DNA of 64,000 bases from Candidatus Multivorans sp. Its GTDB lineage: Bacteria > Acidobacteriota > Thermoanaerobaculia > Multivoradales > Multivoraceae. Where the stretch lies: NCBI GenBank assembly GCA_965238135.1, contig OZ250177.1:3045593-3109592 (forward strand), written 5' to 3'. The first letter of the stretch is position 1, and the number at the start of each line of letters is the position of its first letter. The position numbers were made by a program, and so were the translations under genes. Of the stretch, positions 17,434-29,524 are shown piece by piece. The notes below the pieces were generated by a model. That model was not told where the DNA came from and made no database searches. It worked only from the letters and a program-made list of their open reading frames with translations.

Positions 17434-18123
17434 TCAGGCCCTTGAGTTGAGCCTTCCGGGCACCTCCAGACCCCTGCTCCGCAGTTCCCGGCGCATGCGG
17501 CTGATCACCATCGCGACGGTAGCCGGCGCCAGCTCGACGGCGCTGGCGGCCTCGTGCGAACTCCAACCGTCCACCACCATGCGCTCGGTGATCCAGGTGT
17601 CCCGGTGGCCTGTGGTGCGCTCACTCGCGACGCACCAGCATTCGCGCCGGAACCGGTACCGGAGTTCCTGGACGTAGATGTCGTTGAACTGGCTTGTGGC
17701 CGCCCTCGGCAACTCCAACCGGTCGCTTTCGTCGGCCAGCCCTTCCCGGAGATCGATGCTCAGCTCGGCGGCGGGGTCGCGCTTGAGCGCCCGGCGGGCG
17801 CGTAGCCAGTCGACCAGAGCGCTGCGCGCGACGCTGCGCAGGTAGGACATGATCGTCGACTCCGTACGCCCCTTGCATCCGCGCAGCACCCGGCGATTGT
17901 TCTGCAGCAGGCGGACGTAGGTCTCCTGGATGACTTCGTCCACGAGGTCGCGGGTCAAGCGCAGGCCGTAGCTTCGCCCCAACCCGACGAGCATGCAGCG
18001 CAGCGCCGGTTCGACTCGCTGGACCAGGGGCGCCCAGTCGCCGTCGGGGGCGGCGCACCCGCGCCAGAGGACTGGAAACTCCTGCGACTCCTCGCACTCA
18101 CGTTCATTCGTCTTTCGGTTCAT
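17434..18123 (-). CDS. ECF-type sigma-70 family factor (divergent)
   Basis: Region-2-like DEVIQETYVRLL / SYLRSVARSALVDWLR and region-4-like GWSSHEAASAVELAPATVAMVISRMRREL. Confidence 0.7.
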   Translation of the reverse strand: MNRKTNERECEESQEFPVLWRGCAAPDGDWAPLVQRVEPALRCMLVGLGRSYGLRLTRDLVDEVIQETYVRLLQNNRRVLRGCKGRTESTIMSYLRSVARSALVDWLRARRALKRDPAAELSIDLREGLADESDRLELPRAATSQFNDIYVQELRYRFRRECWCVASERTTGHRDTWITERMVVDGWSSHEAASAVELAPATVAMVISRMRRELRSRGLEVPGRLNSRA

Positions 18124-18350
18124 CTTCCGCTCCAAAAAGGAGGAGCGGAGACACCCGAGGGGCGGTCCGGGGGACCCTGGACGATCCAGCCGGAACGGGC
18201 TTACCCACGAGTCGGCAAGGGCCGGCGAGCGTAGCACTCTCCGCCGCCTGATGGGAGACTTGGAGAGCCGGAATTTGCTGCGCGCCGGCGCCCTAGGAGC
18301 GTGCGCCACAGAACATGGGGGGTATGCCGATCTCCGTGCCGCGCACGCTG

Positions 18351-18506
18351 CTAGCGCATCTTCTCTTCGACGAACTCGACGTGTCGCCGAATCTTCGGGT
18401 CGTACTTCTTGAGCCTCAGCTTCTCGCGGCTGAGCTTCTTGTTCTTCGTCGTCGTGTAGAAGTACCCGGTACCAGCGCTTGATACGAGCTTGATCTTTTC
18501 ACTCAC
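18351..18506 (-). CDS. rpmG: 50S ribosomal protein L33 (cysteine-free type); absent from the ORF track
   Basis: Hand translation [60 protein letters not shown]. Confidence 0.95.
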   Translation of the reverse strand: MSEKIKLVSSAGTGYFYTTTKNKKLSREKLRLKKYDPKIRRHVEFVEEKMR

Positions 18507-18560
18507 GTGGTGGTCACCTCTGATGAAACCCGGTGGCTAAGGGGTAAGGGCGGAGCGGAA

Positions 18561-18637
18561 TGGCGGGGCCGACGGGACTCGAACCCGCGACCTCCGGCGT
18601 GACAGGCCGGCATTCTAACCAGCTGAACTACGACCCC
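18561..18637 (-). tRNA. tRNA-Asp(GTC)
   Basis: Cloverleaf, anticodon GTC, GGTTCGAGTC T-arm, encoded CCA. Confidence 0.95.
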
Positions 18638-18743
18638 GTTGGTGTCCGTCTCCTCTTTCCCGCTATCTGAGTCGTCCTTCCTGGCCGCCGCGGCGGCACT
18701 GACTTCGGCACTTCTCCTGTTGGCGCGTACTGCAGAACCTCCA

Positions 18744-18818
18744 TGGTGGGAGGTGAGGGATTCGAACCCGCGACCCCCTGCGTGTAAAGCAGGTGCTCTA
18801 CCCCTGAGCTAACCTCCC
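18744..18818 (-). tRNA. tRNA-Val(TAC)
   Basis: GGGAGGT/ACCTCCC acceptor stem, anticodon TAC, encoded CCA. Confidence 0.95.
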
Positions 18819-18863
18819 CGGCACCGACCCTCCGGCCGCCCGGCGGGCATCGCAGGCCGCGCG

Positions 18864-18893
18864 ATCTTAGGGCAGGCGCGGGACTATCGTCAA
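18864..18893 (-). promoter_or_regulatory. Sigma70 promoter for tRNA-Val/tRNA-Asp/rpmG
   Basis: TTGACG-18 nt-TAAGAT on the minus strand. Confidence 0.65.
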
Positions 18894-18965
18894 CGAAGAG
18901 CAGGGCCGCGTCACTCCGTGGCACAATCACCCCGCCCAACCACCTTCTCACAGGAGTACCCGACC

Positions 18966-19565
18966 ATGCACGAAGTTCCGGATCTTGCATACGCGTTCGA
19001 CGCCCTCGAGCCCCACATCGACGCGCGGACGATGGAGATACACCACGACAGGCACCACGCCGTCTACGTGGCGAACCTCAACGCGGCGCTGGACGGCCAC
19101 ACCAATCTCGCCGCCATGAGCGTCGAGAACCTGCTCAGGAACATCGACGAGGCGCCCGACTCGATCCGCGGCGCGGTCCGCAACCACGGTGGCGGCCACG
19201 CCAACCACTCGCTCTTCTGGTCGGTCATGGGCCCGGGCGGCGGCGGCGCGCCCAGCGGCGACCTGGCGACCGCGATCGACATCCGGTTCGGTAGCTTCGA
19301 CCAGTTCCGGGAGCGCTTCAAGGGCGTCGCGATGGGCCAGTTCGGCAGCGGCTGGGGTTGGCTCGTGACCAGCGACGACGGCCTCGCCGTGATCGCGCGC
19401 CCGAACCAGGATTCGCCGTTGATGGAGGGGTTGACTCCCCTGCTCGGCGTCGACGTGTGGGAGCACGCCTACTACCTGAACTACCAGAACCGGCGGCCGG
19501 ATTACCTGGACGCGTTCTGGAACGTCGTCGACTGGGATGCCGTGTCGGAGCGGTTCAGGAGATAG
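18966..19565 (+). CDS. sodA: Superoxide dismutase, Mn/Fe family (Mn-type signature)
   Basis: [47 protein letters not shown]. Confidence 0.93.
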   Translation: MHEVPDLAYAFDALEPHIDARTMEIHHDRHHAVYVANLNAALDGHTNLAAMSVENLLRNIDEAPDSIRGAVRNHGGGHANHSLFWSVMGPGGGGAPSGDLATAIDIRFGSFDQFRERFKGVAMGQFGSGWGWLVTSDDGLAVIARPNQDSPLMEGLTPLLGVDVWEHAYYLNYQNRRPDYLDAFWNVVDWDAVSERFRR

Positions 19566-19682
19566 GGCGTTACCAAGCCAGGGCGGATGCGGGCGAGACG
19601 CCCGCGTGCCATCCGTGCGCCCGATGACGGGCGCACGGACTGGTTCACGGCTGGCGCGGATCGCGCCAGCCGGGTTCCCAGG

Positions 19683-21410
19683 CTACTGCGCGACGAGGCC
19701 GGACACGCGGCTACGGCCCTGCGGGTCCAGGTCCAGACGCTGGTCGAGGAGGCCTTCCGCTTCGTCGAGTAGTTCAAGGGCGCGGGCGAGCTGGTTGTCC
19801 ACTTCCGCCCCGGCCTTGAACCCCTCGGTCAGGCCGAACGCGGTGTTGAAGATCTCGTAGCGAAGGCGAACCCGGGCGTAGCGCTCCACTTCCGGATCCT
19901 CCAGGGCCTCTTCGATTTCTTCGGCGGTGGCGAACTCCTCTTCGACGACCCATTCCCAGAACCGCTTGAGGTACTCGTCGGGTACCTGCCAGTCGGTCGA
20001 TTCGACCTCCTGGTTGCCGGCCTCGAAGGGGAAGCGGTGGAACCCGCTCCGCGCCTGCAGGCGCCAGATGAGGGCGGGCGGCTCGTCCTGCTCGACAACG
20101 TAGTCCGGGGTCACTCCGCCGCCGCCGAAGACCTCGCGGCCGAGGTCCGTGTGGAAGACGGGACGCTCCTCCGGCGAGGGAGGCTCCAGGTCGAGGAGCG
20201 GGATGCCGTCCGCCGCTTCGTCCAGGGAGCGCTCCTCGATCTCGCGCCAGACTTCGTCCAGGTCGAGGAGCGGGATGCCGTCCTCCGCTTCGTCCTCCCC
20301 GTTGCTGCCGTTCACGTCGTACTCGGTGTAGTAGTCCCAGTACGAGGAGTAGTCGCGCTGGATCAGCCTTCCGGCCGGCGTGTAGTACCGGGCCGTGGTC
20401 AGTGCGAGCCCGGCGCCGTAGGACAGCTCGTAGACGGTCTGCACGAGACCCTTGCCCCAGGTCGACGCGCCGACCACCAAGCCGATGTCGTGATCCTGGA
20501 TGGCGCCCGAGACGATCTCGGAGGCGGAAGCGGAGCGGCCGTCGACGAGCACCACGATCGGCAGGCCGAGCGGCTCGTGCCTGCCGGTGGAGCTGTAGGT
20601 CTGGTGGGAACTGTCGATGCGGCCGCGGGTCTCGACGATCGTGCTGCCGGGGGGCACGAACTGGTCGGAGACCTCGATCGCCTGATCGAGCAGACCGCCG
20701 CCGTTGCCCCGGAGGTCGAGAATCAACCGCTCCATGCCCTGCTCCCGCAGATCGGCCAGGGCGCGCGCGAGTTCGCCCCCGGTGGAGCGGGAGAAGTCGG
20801 TCACCCGCACGAAGCCGACGCCCGGCTGCAGCATGTGAGCGTGGCGCACGGTTTCCTGTGGAATCTCGGCGCGGGTCACCGTGACCACCAGGGGCTCGGC
20901 GAGACCGGGACGCAGCAGGGTCACGGTGACATCGGTTCCCTTCGGGCCCTTGAGATTCCGGATCGCCTCGTTCGGGCTCATCTCCTCGGTCGGCTCGCCG
21001 TCGATCAGATGGATGATGTCGCCGGCGCGGATGCCCTTCTTGTAGCCCGGCGTGCCCTCGATCGGCGAGATGACCGTCAGCCGGCCGTTGCGCGTTCCGA
21101 CGTAGATGCCCAGACCGTAGAACGAACTCTGCTGCCGTTCCCGCATCGAGTCGTAGGCCACCGGCGGCAGGAAGCTGGTGTGCGGATCGAGGCTGCGCAG
21201 CATGCCGCCGATCGAGGCGTAGATCAGGTCGCGGTAGGCGACATCGGGAACGGCGTAGTGCGCGTGCGCCGCCTCGACCAGGTCGGTGTACTCGCGAATG
21301 GGCGCAAACTCGCCGCTGCCCAGCGCCAGAAGGTTGCCGCCGGCGAGACCGCCGATGAGAACGGCCGTAGCGAAGAGCACGAGTGCGAGGTTGCGCCAGG
21401 GTTTCTTCAC
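19683..21410 (-). CDS. S41 family C-terminal processing protease (PDZ)
   Basis: Signal peptide, LDPHT, PDZ domain, [26 protein letters not shown]. Confidence 0.92.
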   Translation of the reverse strand: MKKPWRNLALVLFATAVLIGGLAGGNLLALGSGEFAPIREYTDLVEAAHAHYAVPDVAYRDLIYASIGGMLRSLDPHTSFLPPVAYDSMRERQQSSFYGLGIYVGTRNGRLTVISPIEGTPGYKKGIRAGDIIHLIDGEPTEEMSPNEAIRNLKGPKGTDVTVTLLRPGLAEPLVVTVTRAEIPQETVRHAHMLQPGVGFVRVTDFSRSTGGELARALADLREQGMERLILDLRGNGGGLLDQAIEVSDQFVPPGSTIVETRGRIDSSHQTYSSTGRHEPLGLPIVVLVDGRSASASEIVSGAIQDHDIGLVVGASTWGKGLVQTVYELSYGAGLALTTARYYTPAGRLIQRDYSSYWDYYTEYDVNGSNGEDEAEDGIPLLDLDEVWREIEERSLDEAADGIPLLDLEPPSPEERPVFHTDLGREVFGGGGVTPDYVVEQDEPPALIWRLQARSGFHRFPFEAGNQEVESTDWQVPDEYLKRFWEWVVEEEFATAEEIEEALEDPEVERYARVRLRYEIFNTAFGLTEGFKAGAEVDNQLARALELLDEAEGLLDQRLDLDPQGRSRVSGLVAQ

Positions 21411-21572
21411 GAGTCTCCCGCGGTGGGTCGCGTCAGTCGGTCAGCCGCCCGGCAGGGCGAGCGGCGCGAATCGGGCATTGTACCAGCGAGCCAGCAGCGC
21501 CGGCGGTGCCGGGCGCGATGGCGCCGGACGCGGCGGACGCGGACGCACCCGGTTGGCGTATCATGCCGGCCC

Positions 21573-21887
21573 ATGTTCGGCCCAATTGGCATGCAGGAGA
21601 TGCTGTTCATCATGGCGGCCGCTCTTCTCATCTTCGGTCCCCGGAAACTGCCCGAACTGGGCCGCACGCTCGGCCGCGGAATGGCCGAGTTCCGGCGCGC
21701 CACGAGCGACCTGAAGCGCTCGATCGACGTCGAGCTCGACGAAGAGAAGCGCCCACCGCCTGCGCGCAGAATCGACAAGAGCAAGCGGGCCGCGGTCTCG
21801 GGCGGCTCCAAGAAGCCCGCGGGCTCGGACGACTCGAAGAAAGCGGGCGAATCGGGCAAGGACTCGCCGAGTGACCCCGCAGTCTGA
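21573..21887 (+). CDS. tatA: Twin-arginine translocase TatA/TatB subunit
   Basis: [42 protein letters not shown]. Confidence 0.88.
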   Translation: MFGPIGMQEMLFIMAAALLIFGPRKLPELGRTLGRGMAEFRRATSDLKRSIDVELDEEKRPPPARRIDKSKRAAVSGGSKKPAGSDDSKKAGESGKDSPSDPAV

Positions 21888-22728
21888 CGAGCCCGATCCG
21901 GGGCAGCCGACCGAAGAGTCGGAACCGGAACGGCTGCCCGCGACGCAACCGTCGCGGAGGAAGTCCAAGAAGGACGAAGAACTTCCGCGGATGACGCTGC
22001 TCGAGCACCTCGACGAGCTGCGCCGCCGCATCCTGCGCACGCTCATCGTCGTGCTGGTGGCGTTCTTCGCCTGCTTCGCCTTCGCCGAGAACATCTACGA
22101 AGTGCTGGAACTGCCGATCAAGCCGCACGTCGAAAAGCTCTCGTTCCTCCGCATCACCGATCCGTTCGTCGTCTACATCAAGGTCGCGTTGCTGGCCGCT
22201 GTGTTCCTCACCTCGCCCTACCTGGTAAGCCAGCTCTGGGGTTTCATCTCGCCGGGCCTCTACCGCCGCGAGAAGCGTTACGCGATCCCCTTCATCTTCT
22301 TCGGCTCGTTCTTCTTCCTGGGCGGCGGTCTGTTCGGGTACTTCATCGCCTTCCCCTTCGCGGTCGATTTTTTGATCAACCTCGGCGACAAGTTCGAGCC
22401 GGTGATCACGATCGACTTCTACCTCAACACCCTGATCAACATCCTGCTCGGCCTGGCGGTGATGTTCCAGCTCCCGATCGTCATCTTCATGCTGTCGCAG
22501 CTCGGCGTGGTGACGCCGAAGTTCCTGATGCGGCACTTCCGCTGGGCGGTGCTCATCATCGTCATCATCTCCGCAGCGATCACGCCGACGCCGGACGTGG
22601 TCAACATGACGATCGTGGCCGGCCCGACCCTGCTGCTCTACCTGCTCGGCGTCGGCGCCTCGGCCCTGGCGCAGCGCCGCCGCAAGCGAGTCGAAGAAGA
22701 GGCGGAAGATGAGTGGGCCGATAGCTAG
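21871..22728 (+). CDS. tatC: Twin-arginine translocase TatC
   Basis: [35 protein letters not shown]. Confidence 0.96.
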   Translation: MTPQSDEPDPGQPTEESEPERLPATQPSRRKSKKDEELPRMTLLEHLDELRRRILRTLIVVLVAFFACFAFAENIYEVLELPIKPHVEKLSFLRITDPFVVYIKVALLAAVFLTSPYLVSQLWGFISPGLYRREKRYAIPFIFFGSFFFLGGGLFGYFIAFPFAVDFLINLGDKFEPVITIDFYLNTLINILLGLAVMFQLPIVIFMLSQLGVVTPKFLMRHFRWAVLIIVIISAAITPTPDVVNMTIVAGPTLLLYLLGVGASALAQRRRKRVEEEAEDEWADS

Positions 22729-23220
22729 CTAGGAGACCGGTCCCAGCGCCTCGACGATCCGTTCGACCAGCTCGCGGGCGGCGCCGCGGCCGCCGCGGGC
22801 GTTGAGCACCAGGTCGACGCTGTCGCGCACTTCGGGCACCGCGTCGGCCGGGGCGACGGACAGGCCCGCGCGCCGCAGCACGGGCAGATCGACCAGGTCG
22901 TCGCCGACGTAGGCCACTTCGGAGGGGTCGAGCCCCCGACGCTCCAGCAGGTCCACGAAGGCCGCCGCCTTGTCCCGGCAGCCCAGGAGGACCTCGTCGA
23001 AGCCCAGGTCGGCGGCGCGGCGCGCGACCGCGGCGGAGTCTCTGGCGCTCAGGATACCCATCCCCAGACCCGCCTCGCGCGCTCGCCGCACTGCCAGACC
23101 GTCCTTGACGTCGAACGCCACCGCCACCTCGTCGCCGACGTAGAAGAGCCGTCCGTCGGTGAGCACGCCGTCGACATCGAAGAGCAGGAAGCGGAGCCGC
23201 AGGATGATGGAGGAGAGCAT
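22729..23220 (-). CDS. kdsC: KDO 8-phosphate phosphatase (HAD)
   Basis: FDVDGVLTDG, GDDLVDLP, GGRGAARE. Confidence 0.92.
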   Translation of the reverse strand: MLSSIILRLRFLLFDVDGVLTDGRLFYVGDEVAVAFDVKDGLAVRRAREAGLGMGILSARDSAAVARRAADLGFDEVLLGCRDKAAAFVDLLERRGLDPSEVAYVGDDLVDLPVLRRAGLSVAPADAVPEVRDSVDLVLNARGGRGAARELVERIVEALGPVS

Positions 23221-23237
23221 GGAAGACGCAGCCCCGG

Positions 23238-24266
23238 TTACCGGCGGCGCAGGCCCCAGAGATCGTGGATGTGGACGAGGCCGCGCAGGCGGCCGTCGCC
23301 GTGACAGATGAACAGGGACGTGATCCGGTGCCTCTCCATCGTCTCGAGGGCGACCGTGACCAGGGTGTCAGCCTGGATCGTCTTCGGTTCGGGCGTCATG
23401 TAGTTGCAGACCGCGCGGTCGAGGAAGGCGCCGCCGGCGGCGCCGCCCGCGGCCGCGTCCGTGTTCAGCAGGCGCCGCAGATCGCCGTCCGAAATCACGC
23501 CGCAAAGCCCCCCGGCCTCGTCGACGATGGCGGTGATGCCGAACGACTTCTCGGTCATCTCGAACAGCGCCTCCCGCATCGAAGCCTGAAGCCCGACCCG
23601 GGGCACGGCGGCGTCACCGTGCATGACCTGATCCACCGTCATCAACCGGCGGCCGAGTTCGCCGCCCGGATGAAGCGTGGCGAAGTCCTCGAGCGTGAAC
23701 CCGCGCGCCTCGAGCAGCGCCATGGCGAGAGCGTCGCCCAGGGCCAGGGTGGCCGTCGTCGATGCCGTCGGCGCGAGGTTGAGGGGGCATGCCTCCTGGT
23801 CGATCGCCGCCGACAGGTGGAGGTCGGCGCGTTCGGCGATCGGGCTTTTCGCACCTCCGGTGATGGCGATCAGGGGCACGCCGCGGCGCTGCAGCACGTC
23901 GGTCATCCGCAGCAGTTCTTCGCTGCTGCCGGAGGACGAGGCGGCCAGGACCACGTCGCCGGGCACGATCATGCCCAGATCGCCGTGGATCGCCTCGGCC
24001 GGGTGGATGAACAGGGCCGGGGTGCCGGTGGAAGCCAGGGTGGCCGCCACCTTCTTCATCACGTGGCCGCTCTTGCCCATGCCGGTGCAGACCACCCGTC
24101 CCCGGCAATCGCGCATGCGCTGCACCGCCTCCGCGAAGGAGTCCCCGAGCTGCCCGATCAGGCCGCGGATCGCCGCCGCCTCGATCTCGAGCACGGCCCG
24201 GGCGATCTCCAGGCTGCGCTCCGATCCGGCGGTCGCTGTTGTCGCGAGTTCGGCCACTTTCGCCAC
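23238..24266 (-). CDS. kdsD: Arabinose 5-phosphate isomerase (KpsF/GutQ, SIS+CBS)
   Basis: GMGKSGH, HPAEAIHGDLG, EACPLNLAPTAST, HPGG, CBS pair. Confidence 0.94.
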   Translation of the reverse strand: MAKVAELATTATAGSERSLEIARAVLEIEAAAIRGLIGQLGDSFAEAVQRMRDCRGRVVCTGMGKSGHVMKKVAATLASTGTPALFIHPAEAIHGDLGMIVPGDVVLAASSSGSSEELLRMTDVLQRRGVPLIAITGGAKSPIAERADLHLSAAIDQEACPLNLAPTASTTATLALGDALAMALLEARGFTLEDFATLHPGGELGRRLMTVDQVMHGDAAVPRVGLQASMREALFEMTEKSFGITAIVDEAGGLCGVISDGDLRRLLNTDAAAGGAAGGAFLDRAVCNYMTPEPKTIQADTLVTVALETMERHRITSLFICHGDGRLRGLVHIHDLWGLRRR

Positions 24267-24272
24267 GCCGGC

Positions 24273-25112
24273 TTAGACCCAGGGCCCCTCGGCGACGCGC
24301 GAGCGGTGAACCTCGAGCGCCGACAGGAGCAGGTTCTCGGCGCGCGCCAGCGGCAACTGCGTCTCCCGGTCGCACTGCGCGCAGTCCGGATCCGGGTGCA
24401 CCTCGAGATAGAGGCCGGCGGCGCCGGCGGCAATCGCGGCGCGGGTCAGCGGCTCCGCAAACCGGCGGTCGCCGCCGCTCTCCTTGTCGCGGGCGCCGGG
24501 CAGTTGCAGCGAGTGCGTCACGTCGTAGAGGACGGCGATCCGATGCTCGGCGAGGATCGAGAAGCCGCGCATGTCGACGACCAGGTTGTGGTACCCGAAG
24601 GAGTTGCCACGCTCGGTCACCGCGATCCTGGCGTTGCCTGTGCCGCGCGCCTTGTCGACCACCCGCACCATGTCGGCCGGGGCCATGAACTGGCCCTTCT
24701 TGATCAGGAGGGCTCTGCCGGTGGCGGCAGCCTCCACCACCAGGTCGGTCTGGCGGCAGAGGAAGGCGGGAATCTGGAGCACGTCGCAGACTTCGGCCGC
24801 CGGCCCGCACTGGTTCGGTTCGTGGACATCGGTCAACACCGGAAGTCCGGTCGCCGCCTTGACGTCGGCCAGCGCCGCCAGCCCTTCGGTCAGCCCCGGA
24901 CCCCGGAAGCTGTCGCCCGAGCTGCGGTTCGCCTTGTCGAACGAGGATTTGAAGATCAGCGGCAGCCCGAGGCGATGGCTCATCGCCTGGAGCTGCTGGC
25001 CCACACCCACGAGCCAGTCGCGGCCCTCGATCACGCACGGGCCGGCGATCACGGGCAGGCCGCCGCGACCGAGCGCGATTCCCGGCGCGAGTTCGAAGCC
25101 GCCAGCCGTCAC
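24273..25112 (-). CDS. kdsA: KDO 8-phosphate synthase
   Basis: IAGPCVIE, KSSFDKANRSS, QIPAFLCRQTDL, KKGQF, DVTHSLQ; start GTG 25112. Confidence 0.96.
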   Translation of the reverse strand: MTAGGFELAPGIALGRGGLPVIAGPCVIEGRDWLVGVGQQLQAMSHRLGLPLIFKSSFDKANRSSGDSFRGPGLTEGLAALADVKAATGLPVLTDVHEPNQCGPAAEVCDVLQIPAFLCRQTDLVVEAAATGRALLIKKGQFMAPADMVRVVDKARGTGNARIAVTERGNSFGYHNLVVDMRGFSILAEHRIAVLYDVTHSLQLPGARDKESGGDRRFAEPLTRAAIAAGAAGLYLEVHPDPDCAQCDRETQLPLARAENLLLSALEVHRSRVAEGPWV

Positions 25113-25119
25113 CGCGTAC

Positions 25120-27610
<2,491 letters not shown>

Positions 27611-27705
27611 ACACGACCCTACCCGCGCGGCGCGCCGCCGGTCAAACCTCCTGTCACCGTCGCCCCCGTCCAACCGGTTTCCCTCTGAGCCGATACGCTC
27701 GCGGT

Positions 27706-28653
27706 GTGCATGGGACGCGTCGATCGGTCAGAGGCTGGTGGGGGCAGGGGCGCCCGGTTTCCGTCGCCCGAAAGGGCCTGCCCGCCGCCGCTCTGGTCGC
27801 GGGAAGCCTGCTGGCGGGCTGCGGGGACTCGTCGCCGCCGACCGGCGCGGCGGAGTGGATCTGGCCGGAGGCGGCGGACTCGGAACCCGGCCGGCCGGCG
27901 GCCTACCTGCTGCTGGCCGACTTCGAGTTGGATCAGGCGCCGGAGGCGGCGGCGCGCCTCTTCGTCACCGCCGACCGGGAGTACGCGGTTCACCTGAACG
28001 GCCACCAGATCGCGCGCGGCGGTTTCCGGCGCGGCGAGCCCATCGACGAGTTCCAGGTCGCCCACCTGCTGCGCGCCGGCCCCAACCGCTTGACGATCGA
28101 GGCGCGCACTCCGTACGGCGACGGCGGCGCGCTCGCGGGCATCGAACTCGACGACGGCTCGATGCCCGTGGTGACGGACGGCGCCTGGCGGTTCCTCGAC
28201 GTCTGGGATCCGCGCCTGGCGAAGGGAGACGCGCATGGCGTGGACGCCGGTGAGCTGGGGATCGTCCGCGCCTGGGGGCGGCCTCCCGTCGGTCGGTGGG
28301 GCCGGGTGGCCCGGGGCGCACTGGCGAAGCCGGCGCCGATCTGGCGGGCCGCAGGGCCGCATCGCATCGTCCGCGTGTCCTCGTCCCCCGGTCTAAAGAT
28401 CGCGCCCGAAGAGCAGTCGTCCTTCCGCGTCGACTTCGGCCGCGAGGTCACGGGTGTGCTCGAACTCGAGTTCCGACCGGAGGACGGGACCTCCCACCGG
28501 CACCTCCGGTTGTGTCACGCGGGGGAGTGTCAACGGCGGGCACTGGTGCTGACCGCCGGCAGGCCGGCCTGGAGGGACTCGGCTTCGCGCACCTTCGACA
28601 CCGTGGTGGTGTACGGGGTGAGGGAGCTCCGGGCGGCGAGGGCGCGGAGCTAG
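27706..28653 (+). CDS. Putative lipoprotein with alpha-L-rhamnosidase N-terminal-like (galactose-binding) domain
   Basis: LLAGC lipobox, AEWIW, ARLFVTADREYAVHLNG, LLRAGPNRLTIEA, DFGREVTG. Confidence 0.55.
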   Translation: MHGTRRSVRGWWGQGRPVSVARKGLPAAALVAGSLLAGCGDSSPPTGAAEWIWPEAADSEPGRPAAYLLLADFELDQAPEAAARLFVTADREYAVHLNGHQIARGGFRRGEPIDEFQVAHLLRAGPNRLTIEARTPYGDGGALAGIELDDGSMPVVTDGAWRFLDVWDPRLAKGDAHGVDAGELGIVRAWGRPPVGRWGRVARGALAKPAPIWRAAGPHRIVRVSSSPGLKIAPEEQSSFRVDFGREVTGVLELEFRPEDGTSHRHLRLCHAGECQRRALVLTAGRPAWRDSASRTFDTVVVYGVRELRAARARS

Positions 28654-28676
28654 AGCCGCGCGGCGGCGCGGAGCGA

Positions 28677-29468
28677 CTAGGGTTCCTCCCACTCGATTCC
28701 GGGGGGCGGTTCGAAGCGGCCGGGGGCTGCTCCGCTGCGGTAGTCGCCGACGATGAAGCGGTTCTCATTGCCCTGGGCGTCGTAGTAGGTGAGTTCGCGC
28801 AGGCGTTGCTCTTCGCGGTCGATTACAACCTGCACAAGGGCGACGTCTTCGCTCGGTTCGAGCGGGCGCAGAACCAGGCGCAGGCGTTTCCCGGGCGCCG
28901 GGTCGAGTTCCGCCTCGTACCGGCGCCGGAGATCGTCGGTGGTGAGGAGGAAAAAGTCGAGCCCCGGGGCCGGCTGCTCCGACAGCTCATAGCGCTGACC
29001 GACCGACTCGCCGGGGTTCCAGTGGTGCACCGTCCGGTCGCACAGCAGGAAGGCCTTCTCGAAGGGGGGCGAGTAGTCCCAGCGCAGGCAGCCCGGCAGG
29101 GCGACGGCGAGGTTGCCCCGCTCCGTCTCAGCGTCCTCCGGATCGAATCCGTAGGGCACAAAGGTCTGCACGAAGCCCGCCGAGAGCGGTCCCGAGGCTT
29201 CGAGCGAGCGCCGGAAGTCGTCGAGAACGGGCCACGGATCGTCGGCCACCGCAGCGCCGGCAGAGAGCAGGCAGACCGCCACCAGCAAGGGAACCGCCGC
29301 TGCCACCGGCAAGGGAACCGCCGCCGCCACCGGCAAGGGAACCGCCGCCGCCACCGGCAAGGGAACCGCCGCCGCCACCGGCAAGGGAACCGCCGCCGCC
29401 ACCGGCAAGGGAACCGCCGCCGCCGCAAGGACGGGCGCCAAGGCCGCCGTGCGCGCGGGCCGCATCAT
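28677..29468 (-). CDS. lolA: Outer-membrane lipoprotein carrier protein LolA
   Basis: SAGFVQT, ERGNLAVALPGCLRWDY, YYDAQGNENRF, FEPPPG; signal peptide extended by a VNTR. Confidence 0.75.
   Translation of the reverse strand: MMRPARTAALAPVLAAAAVPLPVAAAVPLPVAAAVPLPVAAAVPLPVAAAVPLPVAAAVPLLVAVCLLSAGAAVADDPWPVLDDFRRSLEASGPLSAGFVQTFVPYGFDPEDAETERGNLAVALPGCLRWDYSPPFEKAFLLCDRTVHHWNPGESVGQRYELSEQPAPGLDFFLLTTDDLRRRYEAELDPAPGKRLRLVLRPLEPSEDVALVQVVIDREEQRLRELTYYDAQGNENRFIVGDYRSGAAPGRFEPPPGIEWEEP
29281..29424. repeat. Tandem repeat, 6 x 24 bp (ACCGGCAAGGGAACCGCCGCCGCC), encoding AAAVPLPV
   Basis: Five identical units plus one unit with two mismatches, read directly. Confidence 0.95.
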
Positions 29469-29524
29469 CCTAAGCGCCGGAGGCACTGCGTTCCAGCACG
29501 GGACCACCGTACGCGAGAGCCCCA

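Noticed and set aside
29281-29424. CRISPR array
   Set aside because: Head-to-tail 24-bp units with no spacers, in frame within a gene; no cas genes.
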